Below, in pieces: positions 19,005-28,563 of a stretch of DNA of 64,000 nucleotides. The notes beneath the pieces were generated by a model. That model saw only the letters and a program-made list of their open reading frames with translations. It made no database searches and was not told the DNA's origin. Location: IMG/VR virus record IMGVR_UViG_3300049215_000529, positions 124,001-188,000 of that record. One strand, written 5' to 3'. The position numbers and the translations under genes were made by a program. Positions within the stretch are counted from its first letter, which is position 1, and every line of letters begins with the position of its first letter.

Positions 19005-19062
19005 TGTATTAATGTTCGATGCAAATTCGGCAATTTTGGTACCGTCATCGAACATTAATACA
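19005..19062. repeat. Perfect 17-bp inverted repeat, 24-nt loop
   Basis: TGTATTAATGTTCGATG (19005-21) and CATCGAACATTAATACA (19046-62). Confidence 0.9.
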
Positions 19063-19099
19063 ATTGGAAGATTAAGTAAGACTTCTTTCGGCTTGACTT

Positions 19100-19228
19100 T
19101 CATTCTACATGCTCTCTAGTAGTCAATACTTCTTTGATATTTTTATAAGCTTCCTGCCACGAAGGGTGGGACTTAGTAATCAGCTTATTCTTATAAGCCA
19201 ACAATCTTGCAGTAGTAAGTCTTTCCAT
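19100..19228 (-). CDS. Small hypothetical protein (42 aa)
   Basis: MERLTTARLL...EHVE just downstream of the phosphoesterase. Confidence 0.4.
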   Translation of the reverse strand: MERLTTARLLAYKNKLITKSHPSWQEAYKNIKEVLTTREHVE

Positions 19229-19250
19229 TTGAAATTTTGTTAAAAACACA

Positions 19251-19895
19251 TTACACCTCAATTGTAATCGGAGGGTTAGTTGGAGCATATGCTTCGGTAC
19301 AGCATGATGCATTAACAAATTGCACATTAGCAAGTTGCATTTTGCCATATCCATAGTGAATATGTCCACAGATATGAGCCTTTAGATTAGGCAACTCTGT
19401 AATACGCTTTGCTAACTCTTCACAGCCCACGTGCTCTACGTCAGCAACACCACGTGGAGCTGCATCCAATACATTCATAACTGGACCATGTGTAATCAGG
19501 ACATTGGTATCCTCGGGAATCTTTGCCCAATGATGAGCAATATCCTTGCCCCTCATGGCATTGAAAGCCCAGTTATGAAACCAAGGCTGCCAAGGGCTTC
19601 CCCAAAAGTTAATGCCACCAATCTTGACACCACTGTCTTGAAGATAGGTGATTTCATTTTCTTCGCACAATCTGAGCGCAATATTTCGGCTATTGTTTTG
19701 GAAACACCAATCATGATTACCAGAGATGATAATCTTACTTTGGAAGTTTTGGGCACTCATCCAGCGCAAAAATTTGGATAGCTTGCCAATATCACCACGA
19801 TAGGTAATGTCACCAGCATGAACAAGCACATCGCCTGGCGGCAAAAGAATTTTCTCTTCTTGCTCATGTGTGTCGGAAATACATACTATTTTCAT
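19251..19895 (-). CDS. Calcineurin-like metallophosphoesterase
   Basis: SDTH, HAGD, GNHD, THG, GHIH. Confidence 0.9.
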   Translation of the reverse strand: MKIVCISDTHEQEEKILLPPGDVLVHAGDITYRGDIGKLSKFLRWMSAQNFQSKIIISGNHDWCFQNNSRNIALRLCEENEITYLQDSGVKIGGINFWGSPWQPWFHNWAFNAMRGKDIAHHWAKIPEDTNVLITHGPVMNVLDAAPRGVADVEHVGCEELAKRITELPNLKAHICGHIHYGYGKMQLANVQFVNASCCTEAYAPTNPPITIEV

Positions 19896-19900
19896 TTTCG

Positions 19901-20125
19901 TTACCTTTTCATATCATTCTTAACATACGCAACAATACCACCAAACAATGCCATCAAACGGTGTCCAGGTTTGACACAATTGTCAGTATTGCAGGTTGAA
20001 CACTGTGCTTGCTTAAAATTGACGCCACGCGGAGTATTGCATGGGCAGCCGTCATCCACATACAAATTTTCTAACAATATAGGCTTTCCACAGCCATTGC
20101 ATTTTTCTGGAATGTTAGGATTCAT
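19901..20125 (-). CDS. Small Cys-rich hypothetical protein
   Basis: CNGC, CPC, CSTC; ATGA overlap. Confidence 0.5.
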   Translation of the reverse strand: MNPNIPEKCNGCGKPILLENLYVDDGCPCNTPRGVNFKQAQCSTCNTDNCVKPGHRLMALFGGIVAYVKNDMKR

Positions 20126-20325
20126 TCTTGTTCTGTTCTTACACTAATTCCATCAATAACGGGCGGTATAATTTTTCTTGTTTTATTATCTAGCCGTTTA
20201 ACTAGCACTACCACAGCATAACCATCATCATCAGAAATGACTGTGCTGGAACTATACCAAGAGTGTACTGAAAGTTGCATTTTAAGTTGCAAACGAACTT
20301 GATTGGCTTCTTTAAAGGTAGACAT
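20122..20325 (-). CDS. Hypothetical protein
   Basis: Coupled ORF. Confidence 0.55.
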   Translation of the reverse strand: MSTFKEANQVRLQLKMQLSVHSWYSSSTVISDDDGYAVVVLVKRLDNKTRKIIPPVIDGISVRTEQE

Positions 20326-20332
20326 ATGAACC

Positions 20333-20941
20333 TCAACTAAATACTAACAATGTTTTGATTTTATTAACTACTTTACGTGGCTTTGAATAATCAAAAGAAA
20401 TTATTGGAAGAGTAAATGGTTTATTATCATCTATAATGCCACCATCATCATCTTGATAGCACTGAGAAATAATCATCTCTTTATCGAGATACATTGTGGT
20501 AATGTGAAATTTATCTTTTTGATTTAAAAGATAAACGCTATCTCGCTCGATTCCAACATTAGTAATTTTATGGTTTAAGAAATCAAATTCTAAATCGCCG
20601 CTATTCGAATAAGACGAATTGCATTTGCGGCAATCGCTATTGATTATGAAATAAAAATAAGCTGAAGATGCGCGAGTAACACTGCGCTCCGACAGCTCAG
20701 GTTCCGATATATCAAATGTAAAACTGTTATCCAAACAATTAATTTGATATTTGTTGAAAAACTTTCTATTACCCAAATTAAGTTGGCAATGTAAGTGCAG
20801 GATATGATTATCCTTTTTGAAGGATTGTAGCTCTGTAGCTTCATCGGGACCAACTGAAATATAGATGGATCTCGTAATATCTTGACAGACGGGACAGAAT
20901 AGACAATGTGACCACAATTGTTGTAAAGTCAATATTTTCAT
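20333..20941 (-). CDS. Hypothetical protein with CxxC pairs
   Basis: CPVC, CRKC. Confidence 0.6.
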   Translation of the reverse strand: MKILTLQQLWSHCLFCPVCQDITRSIYISVGPDEATELQSFKKDNHILHLHCQLNLGNRKFFNKYQINCLDNSFTFDISEPELSERSVTRASSAYFYFIINSDCRKCNSSYSNSGDLEFDFLNHKITNVGIERDSVYLLNQKDKFHITTMYLDKEMIISQCYQDDDGGIIDDNKPFTLPIISFDYSKPRKVVNKIKTLLVFS

Positions 20942-20950
20942 ATTACTACT

Positions 20951-21550
20951 ATGTCCAGTAAAATCCTGCTCGCCCGAATCAAGAAATTAGCTGATACTTC
21001 TACTTTAGACAGAAACGAACAGTTTCGTCTTCAAAGAGAAAAGCTAGAGCAATTCTATCATGACTTGCACATGAAGTTTAGAGTTATGCTTAACGAGATG
21101 GAGGGAGATCTAAGGACATTAAAAGAGAAAGATTTCCCCAAAAACCTTTTGAAATCTTTCTTTCAAGTTTGGTACGATTTGATCGATATCTCCAAACAGT
21201 TGGATGTAAAAGATCCATATGTCGCCGCCGACAAGTTAGTGCAATATGTCAAGCAGCGCCCGCATCGTTCAATCATAGACAATCTAGATTTTCTAATCCA
21301 ACATCATATGCAGAAGAATGAAATAGATACTCAGACCGGATCAATGTTGCAGCAAGTTCAAGTTAAAAGCCTAAAGTTGCTTAAAGAGCTAGCTAGCAGA
21401 CTAGAACAGTACATGACGGAAAATCCGCTAATCACTGGACCAAGCGGGATACCAGAAGAACCAAAAGATCTAAAAACAGTTTCTCCTGTTTTCGTTCCAT
21501 CGAATATTCCGCCGCAAGAAGACACTTACATTCCTCCGGTCAAAAAATAA
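20951..21550 (+). CDS. Hypothetical helical protein
   Basis: Lone plus-strand 199-aa ORF, divergent from 20941. Confidence 0.65.
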   Translation: MSSKILLARIKKLADTSTLDRNEQFRLQREKLEQFYHDLHMKFRVMLNEMEGDLRTLKEKDFPKNLLKSFFQVWYDLIDISKQLDVKDPYVAADKLVQYVKQRPHRSIIDNLDFLIQHHMQKNEIDTQTGSMLQQVQVKSLKLLKELASRLEQYMTENPLITGPSGIPEEPKDLKTVSPVFVPSNIPPQEDTYIPPVKK

Positions 21551-21781
21551 TTACTCTTCGCCTTCAAAAGATTCAGCAAAAGTAACTTCTATTTTGATTT
21601 TCGAACCCATCCTAACGCCTTGAGCAGCCAATTTTTTGACTGTAAGGGTTCCCTCAATTGCAGCTGATTTAGCTGCAATGTTTTTGGTTTCTACGCTGCC
21701 ATCATTGGTTTTGAATTCAATAGTAACGTCGCCACCATTAACTTTAAAGGAGTCAATCTCTCCTTTGAATGTGGCTCTCAT
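21551..21781 (-). CDS. Hypothetical protein
   Basis: ATGA overlap with upstream ORF. Confidence 0.55.
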   Translation of the reverse strand: MRATFKGEIDSFKVNGGDVTIEFKTNDGSVETKNIAAKSAAIEGTLTVKKLAAQGVRMGSKIKIEVTFAESFEGEE

Positions 21782-22254
21782 TTTCGTGGAAAGAGAGACG
21801 GTTGAGAGTTAAACATTTGATCCCAAAGGTCCTTAGCTGGCATAACAGCCGGTGGAGTAACCGTTGGAGCAGTCATGCTAACTGGAGGGTTAACACTTAC
21901 AGTTCCATCAGAAGCAACACTTGCAGGAACTGGAACTGTAATTCTAGCCGAAACTTGAGTTCGTTTTTGGTCATCATATGCCGTATCCAAATCCCAAGAG
22001 GCAGACAATGGATGATACAATAACGCTTCAACCTGCGAACCATCAGCCAAGGTCACAGTAATGGGACTTCGCGCCCAACCATGTGGCTCAATGTGGCTAG
22101 TAAATTTGGAACGAACCATGTCTCTAACTTCACGGTGACGCGCATTTGGCATCGCCAGTTTCACTTTATTGCTGACATCCAGCGCAGTGAACAAAACCTC
22201 ATCCTGTACCAAACCTTCGAGCACATCATCAACAATATCTTCCAACGTTTGCAT
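21778..22254 (-). CDS. Hypothetical protein
   Basis: 158 aa, preceded by promoter and GGAG. Confidence 0.65.
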   Translation of the reverse strand: MQTLEDIVDDVLEGLVQDEVLFTALDVSNKVKLAMPNARHREVRDMVRSKFTSHIEPHGWARSPITVTLADGSQVEALLYHPLSASWDLDTAYDDQKRTQVSARITVPVPASVASDGTVSVNPPVSMTAPTVTPPAVMPAKDLWDQMFNSQPSLFPRK

Positions 22255-22277
22255 TTTTCAGATCTCCTGTATTTTGT

Positions 22278-22305
22278 ATAGTAAATTCTTTGAAATTAAA
22301 AGCAA
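22278..22305 (-). promoter_or_regulatory. sigma70-like promoter TTGCTT-N16-TACTAT
   Basis: Motif in intergenic DNA. Confidence 0.45.
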
Positions 22306-22327
22306 GGGGTAGTAATTATAAAAATAA

Positions 22328-22504
22328 TCACAAGTGTTTATTTAGCCAATCAACTGAGAATCCGATTATGGCTATAACCGCAAATATTGGCCAAATTATG
22401 GCTGCCCAAAACATAAACCAAAAATCGTAATAGACACGCAAGAATTTTGTTAAAGCATGTCCCACAAATAATCCAATCAAAAGGTAAAGCAAGAAATAAA
22501 TCAT
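22328..22504 (-). CDS. Small membrane protein (58 aa, not in ORF track)
   Basis: Own translation MIYFLLYLLIGLFVGH...WAAIIWPIFAVIAIIG...; start overlaps NADAR stop. Confidence 0.55.
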   Translation of the reverse strand: MIYFLLYLLIGLFVGHALTKFLRVYYDFWFMFWAAIIWPIFAVIAIIGFSVDWLNKHL

Positions 22505-22947
22505 TACTCTCCCTGTAATTCTTTACGGACCCTCATCAAAGTCTTGCCAAGCATATTTTTGCCTGTACCATCTTTGCCACATCCCCAGTACCAGTCCACG
22601 GGCGAATCTTCAATAAGCTCTTCATTGCCAGTAGCCATTAGTTCGGCGCGCAAGTCTGCATGTTGTAGAAATTTAGCTAGAACACACTGATACATAACAT
22701 CATCTTTGACATGGTTCCAATCACCACGAAGTTTTATTTTCTGTCCAAGATCACGAGCTTCGCGAGGAGTCTTAGCTGCCCAAATCATTTCTTCGTCTTC
22801 TAGGATAACAGTTTTGGCAGCTTGATAAGCCGTTTCAACATTGTCACACCAGCGCCCGCCACCCGGACCAACTATAAACATTCTGGCTTTCTTGAAGTTA
22901 TTCAGAAATCCATATGGTTCATTGGTCTTATAAAATTTAATAGCCAT
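22504..22947 (-). CDS. NADAR-family hydrolase (YbiA-like)
   Basis: ETAYQAAK, KFLQH, LxEDSP.DxYWG, GKNMLGKTLMRVR. Confidence 0.92.
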   Translation of the reverse strand: MAIKFYKTNEPYGFLNNFKKARMFIVGPGGGRWCDNVETAYQAAKTVILEDEEMIWAAKTPREARDLGQKIKLRGDWNHVKDDVMYQCVLAKFLQHADLRAELMATGNEELIEDSPVDWYWGCGKDGTGKNMLGKTLMRVRKELQGE

Positions 22948-23296
22948 CGTATTCCCTGTTAATCAGTTTTGTAAAAGCTTCGTTTTCTTCAAACCCGCGT
23001 GCCAACATATCCTGCCTAATTTCTTCGACAGATCTATCGCCATCATTGTCCCAAACACTTTCCATACACTCAGAAAGATCGTTAGACTGATCCCACATAT
23101 TATTTTCTTTGTGAAAATACAATTTTGGTGTTATGAAAACCATAACAAAATTTTCCGGAGTATCACCTGGAGATTCAACAAACGAACTCTCGCCTTTAAC
23201 TAAGAAATAAAAATCTGATGGAGTTGATGTTTCGCATAATTTTTGATATGCGTCTCTGTCGCCATATGGAGGATCTTCCCAAGATACATTACTCAT
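22937..23296 (-). CDS. Hypothetical protein
   Basis: Overlapped ORF between macro and NADAR genes. Confidence 0.6.
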   Translation of the reverse strand: MSNVSWEDPPYGDRDAYQKLCETSTPSDFYFLVKGESSFVESPGDTPENFVMVFITPKLYFHKENNMWDQSNDLSECMESVWDNDGDRSVEEIRQDMLARGFEENEAFTKLINREYDGY

Positions 23297-23787
23297 TCAT
23301 CACCTTCTCTGCGATAAATTACAACACGAACATTCTTATCTTCAAGATAATTTGCGAAGTTAGTTAGCGTGCCTAAATAGTGTTCCCAAATACCACCACC
23401 AAGATTGCATCCAATTTTCCATGGGAATGCGATGCTTTCCAAATCAGGAATCTCTGCAATTCGCAACAAACACCTATGGAAACATTTGTCTCGAACTAAT
23501 ATGCCATCCAAAGTCGATTTGGGATACTTGGGCTTGCCAGGATAGTATTGAGCAAACATGTTGATGACATATCGCTGCTCTTGACCATCACCCAATATTT
23601 TTATTGTTCCAAGAGCATCTGGTTCAGTCCTTGCGACATAAGTGTTAGCATGAGGAAACTTATCAAAAATAGCTTTGGCTGTTCCAGCAGAATTCTGTGT
23701 CAAACAATTGCATTGATGTGCAATATATTTTTCTTTAGAATTTAGCAAGTCACCTGTAACAATTTCAATCATGTGTCTATCTGTCAT
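23293..23787 (-). CDS. Macrodomain ADP-ribosyl hydrolase (TARG1/DarG-like)
   Basis: GDLL, IAHQCNC, GTAKAI, PWKIGCNLGGG. Confidence 0.88.
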   Translation of the reverse strand: MTDRHMIEIVTGDLLNSKEKYIAHQCNCLTQNSAGTAKAIFDKFPHANTYVARTEPDALGTIKILGDGQEQRYVINMFAQYYPGKPKYPKSTLDGILVRDKCFHRCLLRIAEIPDLESIAFPWKIGCNLGGGIWEHYLGTLTNFANYLEDKNVRVVIYRREGDE

Positions 23788-24722
23788 TTAGGAGTATGTA
23801 TAACTGGTAATCCTCGACCTATTGAGGGTCTTGCAAACTGAGGATTATCTCTCATCCAAGATTGAGTCATCCATAATTGTCCGCACCCACTCCCGACATC
23901 ATCTTGTCCAGCAGGATCAAACATGCGCGTAGAGAAACCACGTTCCAATAATAGACTCTGGAAATTAGCAGCTAATTCACGTTGACGTGCATTTGCAGCA
24001 GCAACCGTTTCCTCTCGTTCGCAGATAACTGAAATGGTAGCTTGCCAAATGCTTGGATCAAAAAGTTTCATGAGTCTATCAGCATCTTCAGCCGAAGAGT
24101 TTTTCTCATGAGCGCAGTAGTTGAAGAAGGGTTGGCGACCAACTTCCATTGCCCACAGAGTTCCTTGGCGAGCAATCTCTCCCAAAGTTAATTTCTTTTG
24201 GAACGGAATGAGTTGATTGCGAGCTTCATCCGTGCTTTCATGAACGGAAAACTGCAAACCAACCTTATCCACTTCCTTGGAAATGTCAATGACTGGTTGG
24301 TAATCGACACGCGGAGCTGAAGTTGAAATCAGCAGTGCGGCTTGTGGATACAATGAATGCAGCTTGCGAATTGCCGGATTCAGCTCCTTAAGATTGAGCA
24401 TGGGCTCGCCCATGCTCATGAACATGATTTGCATACGCTGGACCTTGGTAGGGTCAATGCCTTTATCGGCAAACAGGTGTTCCGTTTGCGAAACAATCTC
24501 ATCCGCTGTTAAAGAGCGGACGAAACTGTCACCAGCACCACAGAATCGGCATCCAATTGGACAACCGCTTTGAGTGGAACAGCAAACCACTGTTCTGGCT
24601 TCAAAAGTTGGATATTTGTAGAGGACAGATTCCGCCACAGCATTATCCTTTTCGAAGACATATTTGAAAACATTTTCATCTATGCTAGGAATACACCTGG
24701 TTTTATTCCATAATTGTTGCAT
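23784..24722 (-). CDS. Radical-SAM RNA methyltransferase, RlmN/Cfr-like
   Basis: CCSTQSGCPIGCRFC, MSMGEP, GSGCGQL. Confidence 0.8.
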   Translation of the reverse strand: MQQLWNKTRCIPSIDENVFKYVFEKDNAVAESVLYKYPTFEARTVVCCSTQSGCPIGCRFCGAGDSFVRSLTADEIVSQTEHLFADKGIDPTKVQRMQIMFMSMGEPMLNLKELNPAIRKLHSLYPQAALLISTSAPRVDYQPVIDISKEVDKVGLQFSVHESTDEARNQLIPFQKKLTLGEIARQGTLWAMEVGRQPFFNYCAHEKNSSAEDADRLMKLFDPSIWQATISVICEREETVAAANARQRELAANFQSLLLERGFSTRMFDPAGQDDVGSGCGQLWMTQSWMRDNPQFARPSIGRGLPVIHTPK

Positions 24723-24870
24723 TTATTTCATCTCAATGATTGAAACGGTTTTATTTCTTTGTTGGGCTGCCCATAATCGGGTTGTTCTAAAAAATACACA
24801 AACTCTTGATTGTTAAACATATTTCCTCAAAATCTACTAATTTGGTGATATAGATATACCATCACCATAC

Positions 24871-25752
24871 ATGATCACGGAGCATTATATGTCGCGACCA
24901 AAACGAATTATCACCGAGCAAGAAAAACAAAAAATTGTGGCAGACTACAAAGCTGGCGTATCACTCAAAAAATTGCAAAAAGAAACGAAGTTGCAGCAGA
25001 AGCAACTGAAATTCATTCTTGACCAATTTGATGTTCCAATTCTAACAGCATATGAAACGCAGAGACGAAAAGCGATGTTAGAAGAACGAAACTATTTTGA
25101 CGAGTTAGACGCGCTTCAATGCTATGTGTTAGGGTTGATATTCGGTGATGGATGCGTTCATTACAATCCTAAAAGATACAAATATGCTACAACGATTGTT
25201 AGCAATGATATGGATATCTTAGAAAGTGCCAGACATTTATTAGGGACCAACTTTCCTATTACTAAGAGAAAGAAAGCCAAAGCTTATAACCTTGTCATCA
25301 ACTCCAAACATTTATGCCAAGAACTAATCAATAAGTTTCATCTACAAAGTCCCAAGAGTAGTAAATTGATTTTTCCTAACTTACCACAAGATATGTATCA
25401 GTTCTTCGTTTCGGGACTGTTGAGCACCGATGGGTGTGTCAGAATTGACGACCGCAGAAAAAATCAATCATGTGGTATCGAGTTTTCCTATTCTTCTAAT
25501 TGTTTAGATTTCGTTCAAAAATTGCGTCATTATCTATCTAATACGCTTGATATCGCCGAAGATGGACATATCAAAACGATAAAGCGAAGTAAGAAACGAA
25601 AGAACCCCAACTACTCCTTGCGATACTCGGGAACCAATGCAACTAAGATATTAACTTGGATTTACGAAAATACCTCACCAATAACAAGATGTCAAAGAAA
25701 ATACGATATCTACCGTAATCATTTGGCTTGCGTTTCAAATTCTATAATATAG
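24871..25752 (+). CDS. LAGLIDADG homing endonuclease (two motifs)
   Basis: YVLGLIFGDG and FVSGLLSTDG; convergent overlap with PARP 3' end. Confidence 0.85.
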   Translation: MITEHYMSRPKRIITEQEKQKIVADYKAGVSLKKLQKETKLQQKQLKFILDQFDVPILTAYETQRRKAMLEERNYFDELDALQCYVLGLIFGDGCVHYNPKRYKYATTIVSNDMDILESARHLLGTNFPITKRKKAKAYNLVINSKHLCQELINKFHLQSPKSSKLIFPNLPQDMYQFFVSGLLSTDGCVRIDDRRKNQSCGIEFSYSSNCLDFVQKLRHYLSNTLDIAEDGHIKTIKRSKKRKNPNYSLRYSGTNATKILTWIYENTSPITRCQRKYDIYRNHLACVSNSII

Positions 25753-27203
25753 CGGATACAATGTTGTTGTTCTGGTCCACTTGGCGTATATGTAATCAAT
25801 TCTTCATTATATAGTGACCCGCCTGTTTTAGCCCAAACACTATGTGCTGGGTTAATATTCTTCTTGGTATAGAAGTGAGACTGTTGCGTGATCTTTTGAT
25901 TTCCAAAAGCCACATCTGCTAAAAAGAGATATGCTGTTTTATTTGTTCCTTGAGCCCAGTAGCTACCTCTAACATCACAATAATTCATACTCTTGGTAGA
26001 ATTGGTTGCCCAGTAGATTCCATCCCCAAATGCAGACCCAGCATGGATAACGCCAGAAGGACGAATCAAAAGACCTTTGGTTGTGATACCAATCATGTTT
26101 GCACGACGAGTACCGTGCCATGCAGGAAGAACGTTTGCCTTCTTATAAAGGGCATCCATTTCTTTGGTAATGTCAATACGTTCTTTTACCCACTTAGCAT
26201 ATACTTCAGAAGGAGTGTATTTGCCACATTCCTTAGCAATCTTCTCGGAAGCTTCCATCCAATGCTTGTCTTCATCGTGACGAGCAACACGGAAAACTTT
26301 ATGAGTCTTTAGTTTGCCCAAGCCACCATGATTGCTTGCACGGGTACCATGTAGCATGTTATCAATCCACTTGAACACCGGATCGGAAGGATCAACGTAC
26401 TCCAAATCAGCTTTCAAAGTCGCATACTGCGAATCTACTGCGCTCTTCTTGGAGATAACTGCTTGAACGTTCTTTGCGTCAGCAAAGACGTCGAGAATGT
26501 CGAAAGCTTTATTGAGCTTATCGTCGTCGTCCAAACGTAATACGTCAGCATCAATCTTACGAGGGAGGACGTGAGGAATGTTAGAGTAGTATTGGCTGGT
26601 AAGCTTATTCAACTCCTTGACGTCAGGCTTCTTGACGTGGATTTGCTTACGAGCTTCATCCAGAATTTGTTTGGCGAAATCAATTTGGGTTAACGACAAT
26701 TGACCCAATGGACACTTGTTGGTATCAAGGTTCAATTCAACGAACTCTTGTGTAACGCCGAACCAAGTACGAACTAAGTCCTGCACTTGCGCATGAAGTT
26801 TACTAGCCGATTCGTCTTTCTCAGTGACAGTTGCGCCCAATCGTTTGAGAGCTTCCACAGAAACGGTAGAGTCTACTTTAGATTTACCCATATCAGAGCC
26901 AACGTCAGCCTTAACCAACTTGACTTCAACATAGCCCTTTTTGGTTTTGGACTTGATAATCTTCTCGGCTTCTTTTTCGGCATCAGCCTTATCTTCGCAG
27001 ACACGATACTCTTTGGCGCCAGAAACACCAACACGCCCATACTGCGTATAGATATAGTACTTACCATCATTGGATTCAATCAACTCCAAGTTGTAATACT
27101 TGTTATTGTTATTGATGATGTCAGTAAAATTTAGAGTATAACGCTTAAAAACGTCTTTGATGGAAACTTGAAGTTCATCTTCTCTGATAACAGGCTTAGC
27201 CAT
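25719..27203 (-). CDS. PARP with WGR, regulatory and catalytic domains (start MAKPV)
   Basis: YYNLELI...QYGRVG (WGR-type); CPLGQLS...TSQYYSNIPH (regulatory); WHGTR, FGDGIYWA, YNEELITY (H-Y-E triad). Confidence 0.9.
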   Translation of the reverse strand: MAKPVIREDELQVSIKDVFKRYTLNFTDIINNNNKYYNLELIESNDGKYYIYTQYGRVGVSGAKEYRVCEDKADAEKEAEKIIKSKTKKGYVEVKLVKADVGSDMGKSKVDSTVSVEALKRLGATVTEKDESASKLHAQVQDLVRTWFGVTQEFVELNLDTNKCPLGQLSLTQIDFAKQILDEARKQIHVKKPDVKELNKLTSQYYSNIPHVLPRKIDADVLRLDDDDKLNKAFDILDVFADAKNVQAVISKKSAVDSQYATLKADLEYVDPSDPVFKWIDNMLHGTRASNHGGLGKLKTHKVFRVARHDEDKHWMEASEKIAKECGKYTPSEVYAKWVKERIDITKEMDALYKKANVLPAWHGTRRANMIGITTKGLLIRPSGVIHAGSAFGDGIYWATNSTKSMNYCDVRGSYWAQGTNKTAYLFLADVAFGNQKITQQSHFYTKKNINPAHSVWAKTGGSLYNEELITYTPSGPEQQHCIRYIIEFETQAK

Positions 27204-27567
27204 TTTTAACCTTGGTTCGTTTACGTGGTTGAGGTGCCTCAAGTGGAGGCTCGGGCTCTGACGCCAGTGGCGCCGTGAGCCTCGTCAAAATCAAGTCCAT
27301 TATAAGGCTGATCATGCCGCCAGCAAGACCCCAGCAAATTAATAAATTGAGGCTCCATATTTTTTCGTGCAATAAATAGACGAACCAACCACAATGGAAA
27401 CCAAGGCAGAAATAACAATCCAGTAATTTATAAAAGAATGTACCCACATGAGGGTTTTTAAAGAGTTCATTACGGGCTCTTGCCATCAAACCCCAGGGAC
27501 CGTCTGATTCTTTAATAAAGAAAGCTAGACCAAAAATGGCACCAACAACAATTATGAAATCCAACAT
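27196..27567 (-). CDS. DUF1360-like membrane protein
   Basis: LLDCYFCLGFH flanked by TM segments. Confidence 0.55.
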   Translation of the reverse strand: MLDFIIVVGAIFGLAFFIKESDGPWGLMARARNELFKNPHVGTFFYKLLDCYFCLGFHCGWFVYLLHEKIWSLNLLICWGLAGGMISLIMDLILTRLTAPLASEPEPPLEAPQPRKRTKVKNG

Positions 27568-27570
27568 TTA

Positions 27571-28224
27571 TTACACTCGATTCATGCAGTCAGTATAATC
27601 CAATACAGTGTCACCATATTGAACCTTTTGATACACATTAAAAGACTTCGCCGTGTATCCTCTGCCCTCTTGATCGCGAATAAAACTCCTCAATCGTGGA
27701 GAGGCTTTCATATCATACTTCTTCAATGCAACCAAAGATTTAGAAACACAAAGATACGGGTATGGATTGGGCTCGTAAACAATATCAAGAACCCTTGATT
27801 CCATTGCTTTAGTAAAGCCTTTGTCCAAAATTGCTTTATCATCTAGGCAATAAGCAACAGCATCTACATTCAAGAAGACTGTCTGTGGAATGGTCTCTAA
27901 TTTTTTAGAGAATTTGGGATCATTTCCAAATGCCCAAGTAGAATCCAGATTCCAAATATCAAATTCAACCTTGTCAAGAGTTAACTTGTAGCCGCCAAAA
28001 CGATTCTTTTTGGCTTTGTATTTAATCAAAGCATCTAAAGCCTGAGATGGACAGTCAACTACTACATCAATGTCACGAGGTTGATTACCAAAAGACCAAT
28101 CTCTAACCGCACCACCGAAGACTGCTGCCTTCCCCCAACTCTTAACCTCTTCTAACAGCTGAGAAATTTTAGGATTCTCACAAAGCTTTACCAAATTTGA
28201 CTGAGTTGATTCTGCTAAATTCAT
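27571..28224 (-). CDS. Minimal CCA/poly(A)-polymerase-like nucleotidyltransferase
   Basis: FGGAVRD...PRDIDVVV, NRFGGYK. Confidence 0.7.
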   Translation of the reverse strand: MNLAESTQSNLVKLCENPKISQLLEEVKSWGKAAVFGGAVRDWSFGNQPRDIDVVVDCPSQALDALIKYKAKKNRFGGYKLTLDKVEFDIWNLDSTWAFGNDPKFSKKLETIPQTVFLNVDAVAYCLDDKAILDKGFTKAMESRVLDIVYEPNPYPYLCVSKSLVALKKYDMKASPRLRSFIRDQEGRGYTAKSFNVYQKVQYGDTVLDYTDCMNRV

Positions 28225-28562
28225 CTATGATGCCCTCCATGAAAGTTTCCTCGATATCCTCCACCACTACGACCATACCAACCACGATGATAGTATTCGT
28301 GATATCTTGGAAAGCCTCCACGATAATAACTACCATGCCACCAATAACCGTGTGGTCCAATCCAAGCACTGAAATGCGTGTCCCAATAAACAACTCCATC
28401 AGGAGTTTCATAATATTGTACATTACATAATTCGCGGCAACCATAATCATCGCAAATAGTAGTACAACCATATTGATATGCGATGTTTGGATTGGATGGA
28501 TCGATAACGTATTCCGCACATCCAGACAAAATCATAATCAAGCTAAACAAAAAATACTTCAT
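28221..28562 (-). CDS. Predicted lipoprotein with Gly/His/Tyr-rich tail
   Basis: LSGC lipobox. Confidence 0.6.
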   Translation of the reverse strand: MKYFLFSLIMILSGCAEYVIDPSNPNIAYQYGCTTICDDYGCRELCNVQYYETPDGVVYWDTHFSAWIGPHGYWWHGSYYRGGFPRYHEYYHRGWYGRSGGGYRGNFHGGHHR

Positions 28563-28563
28563 C

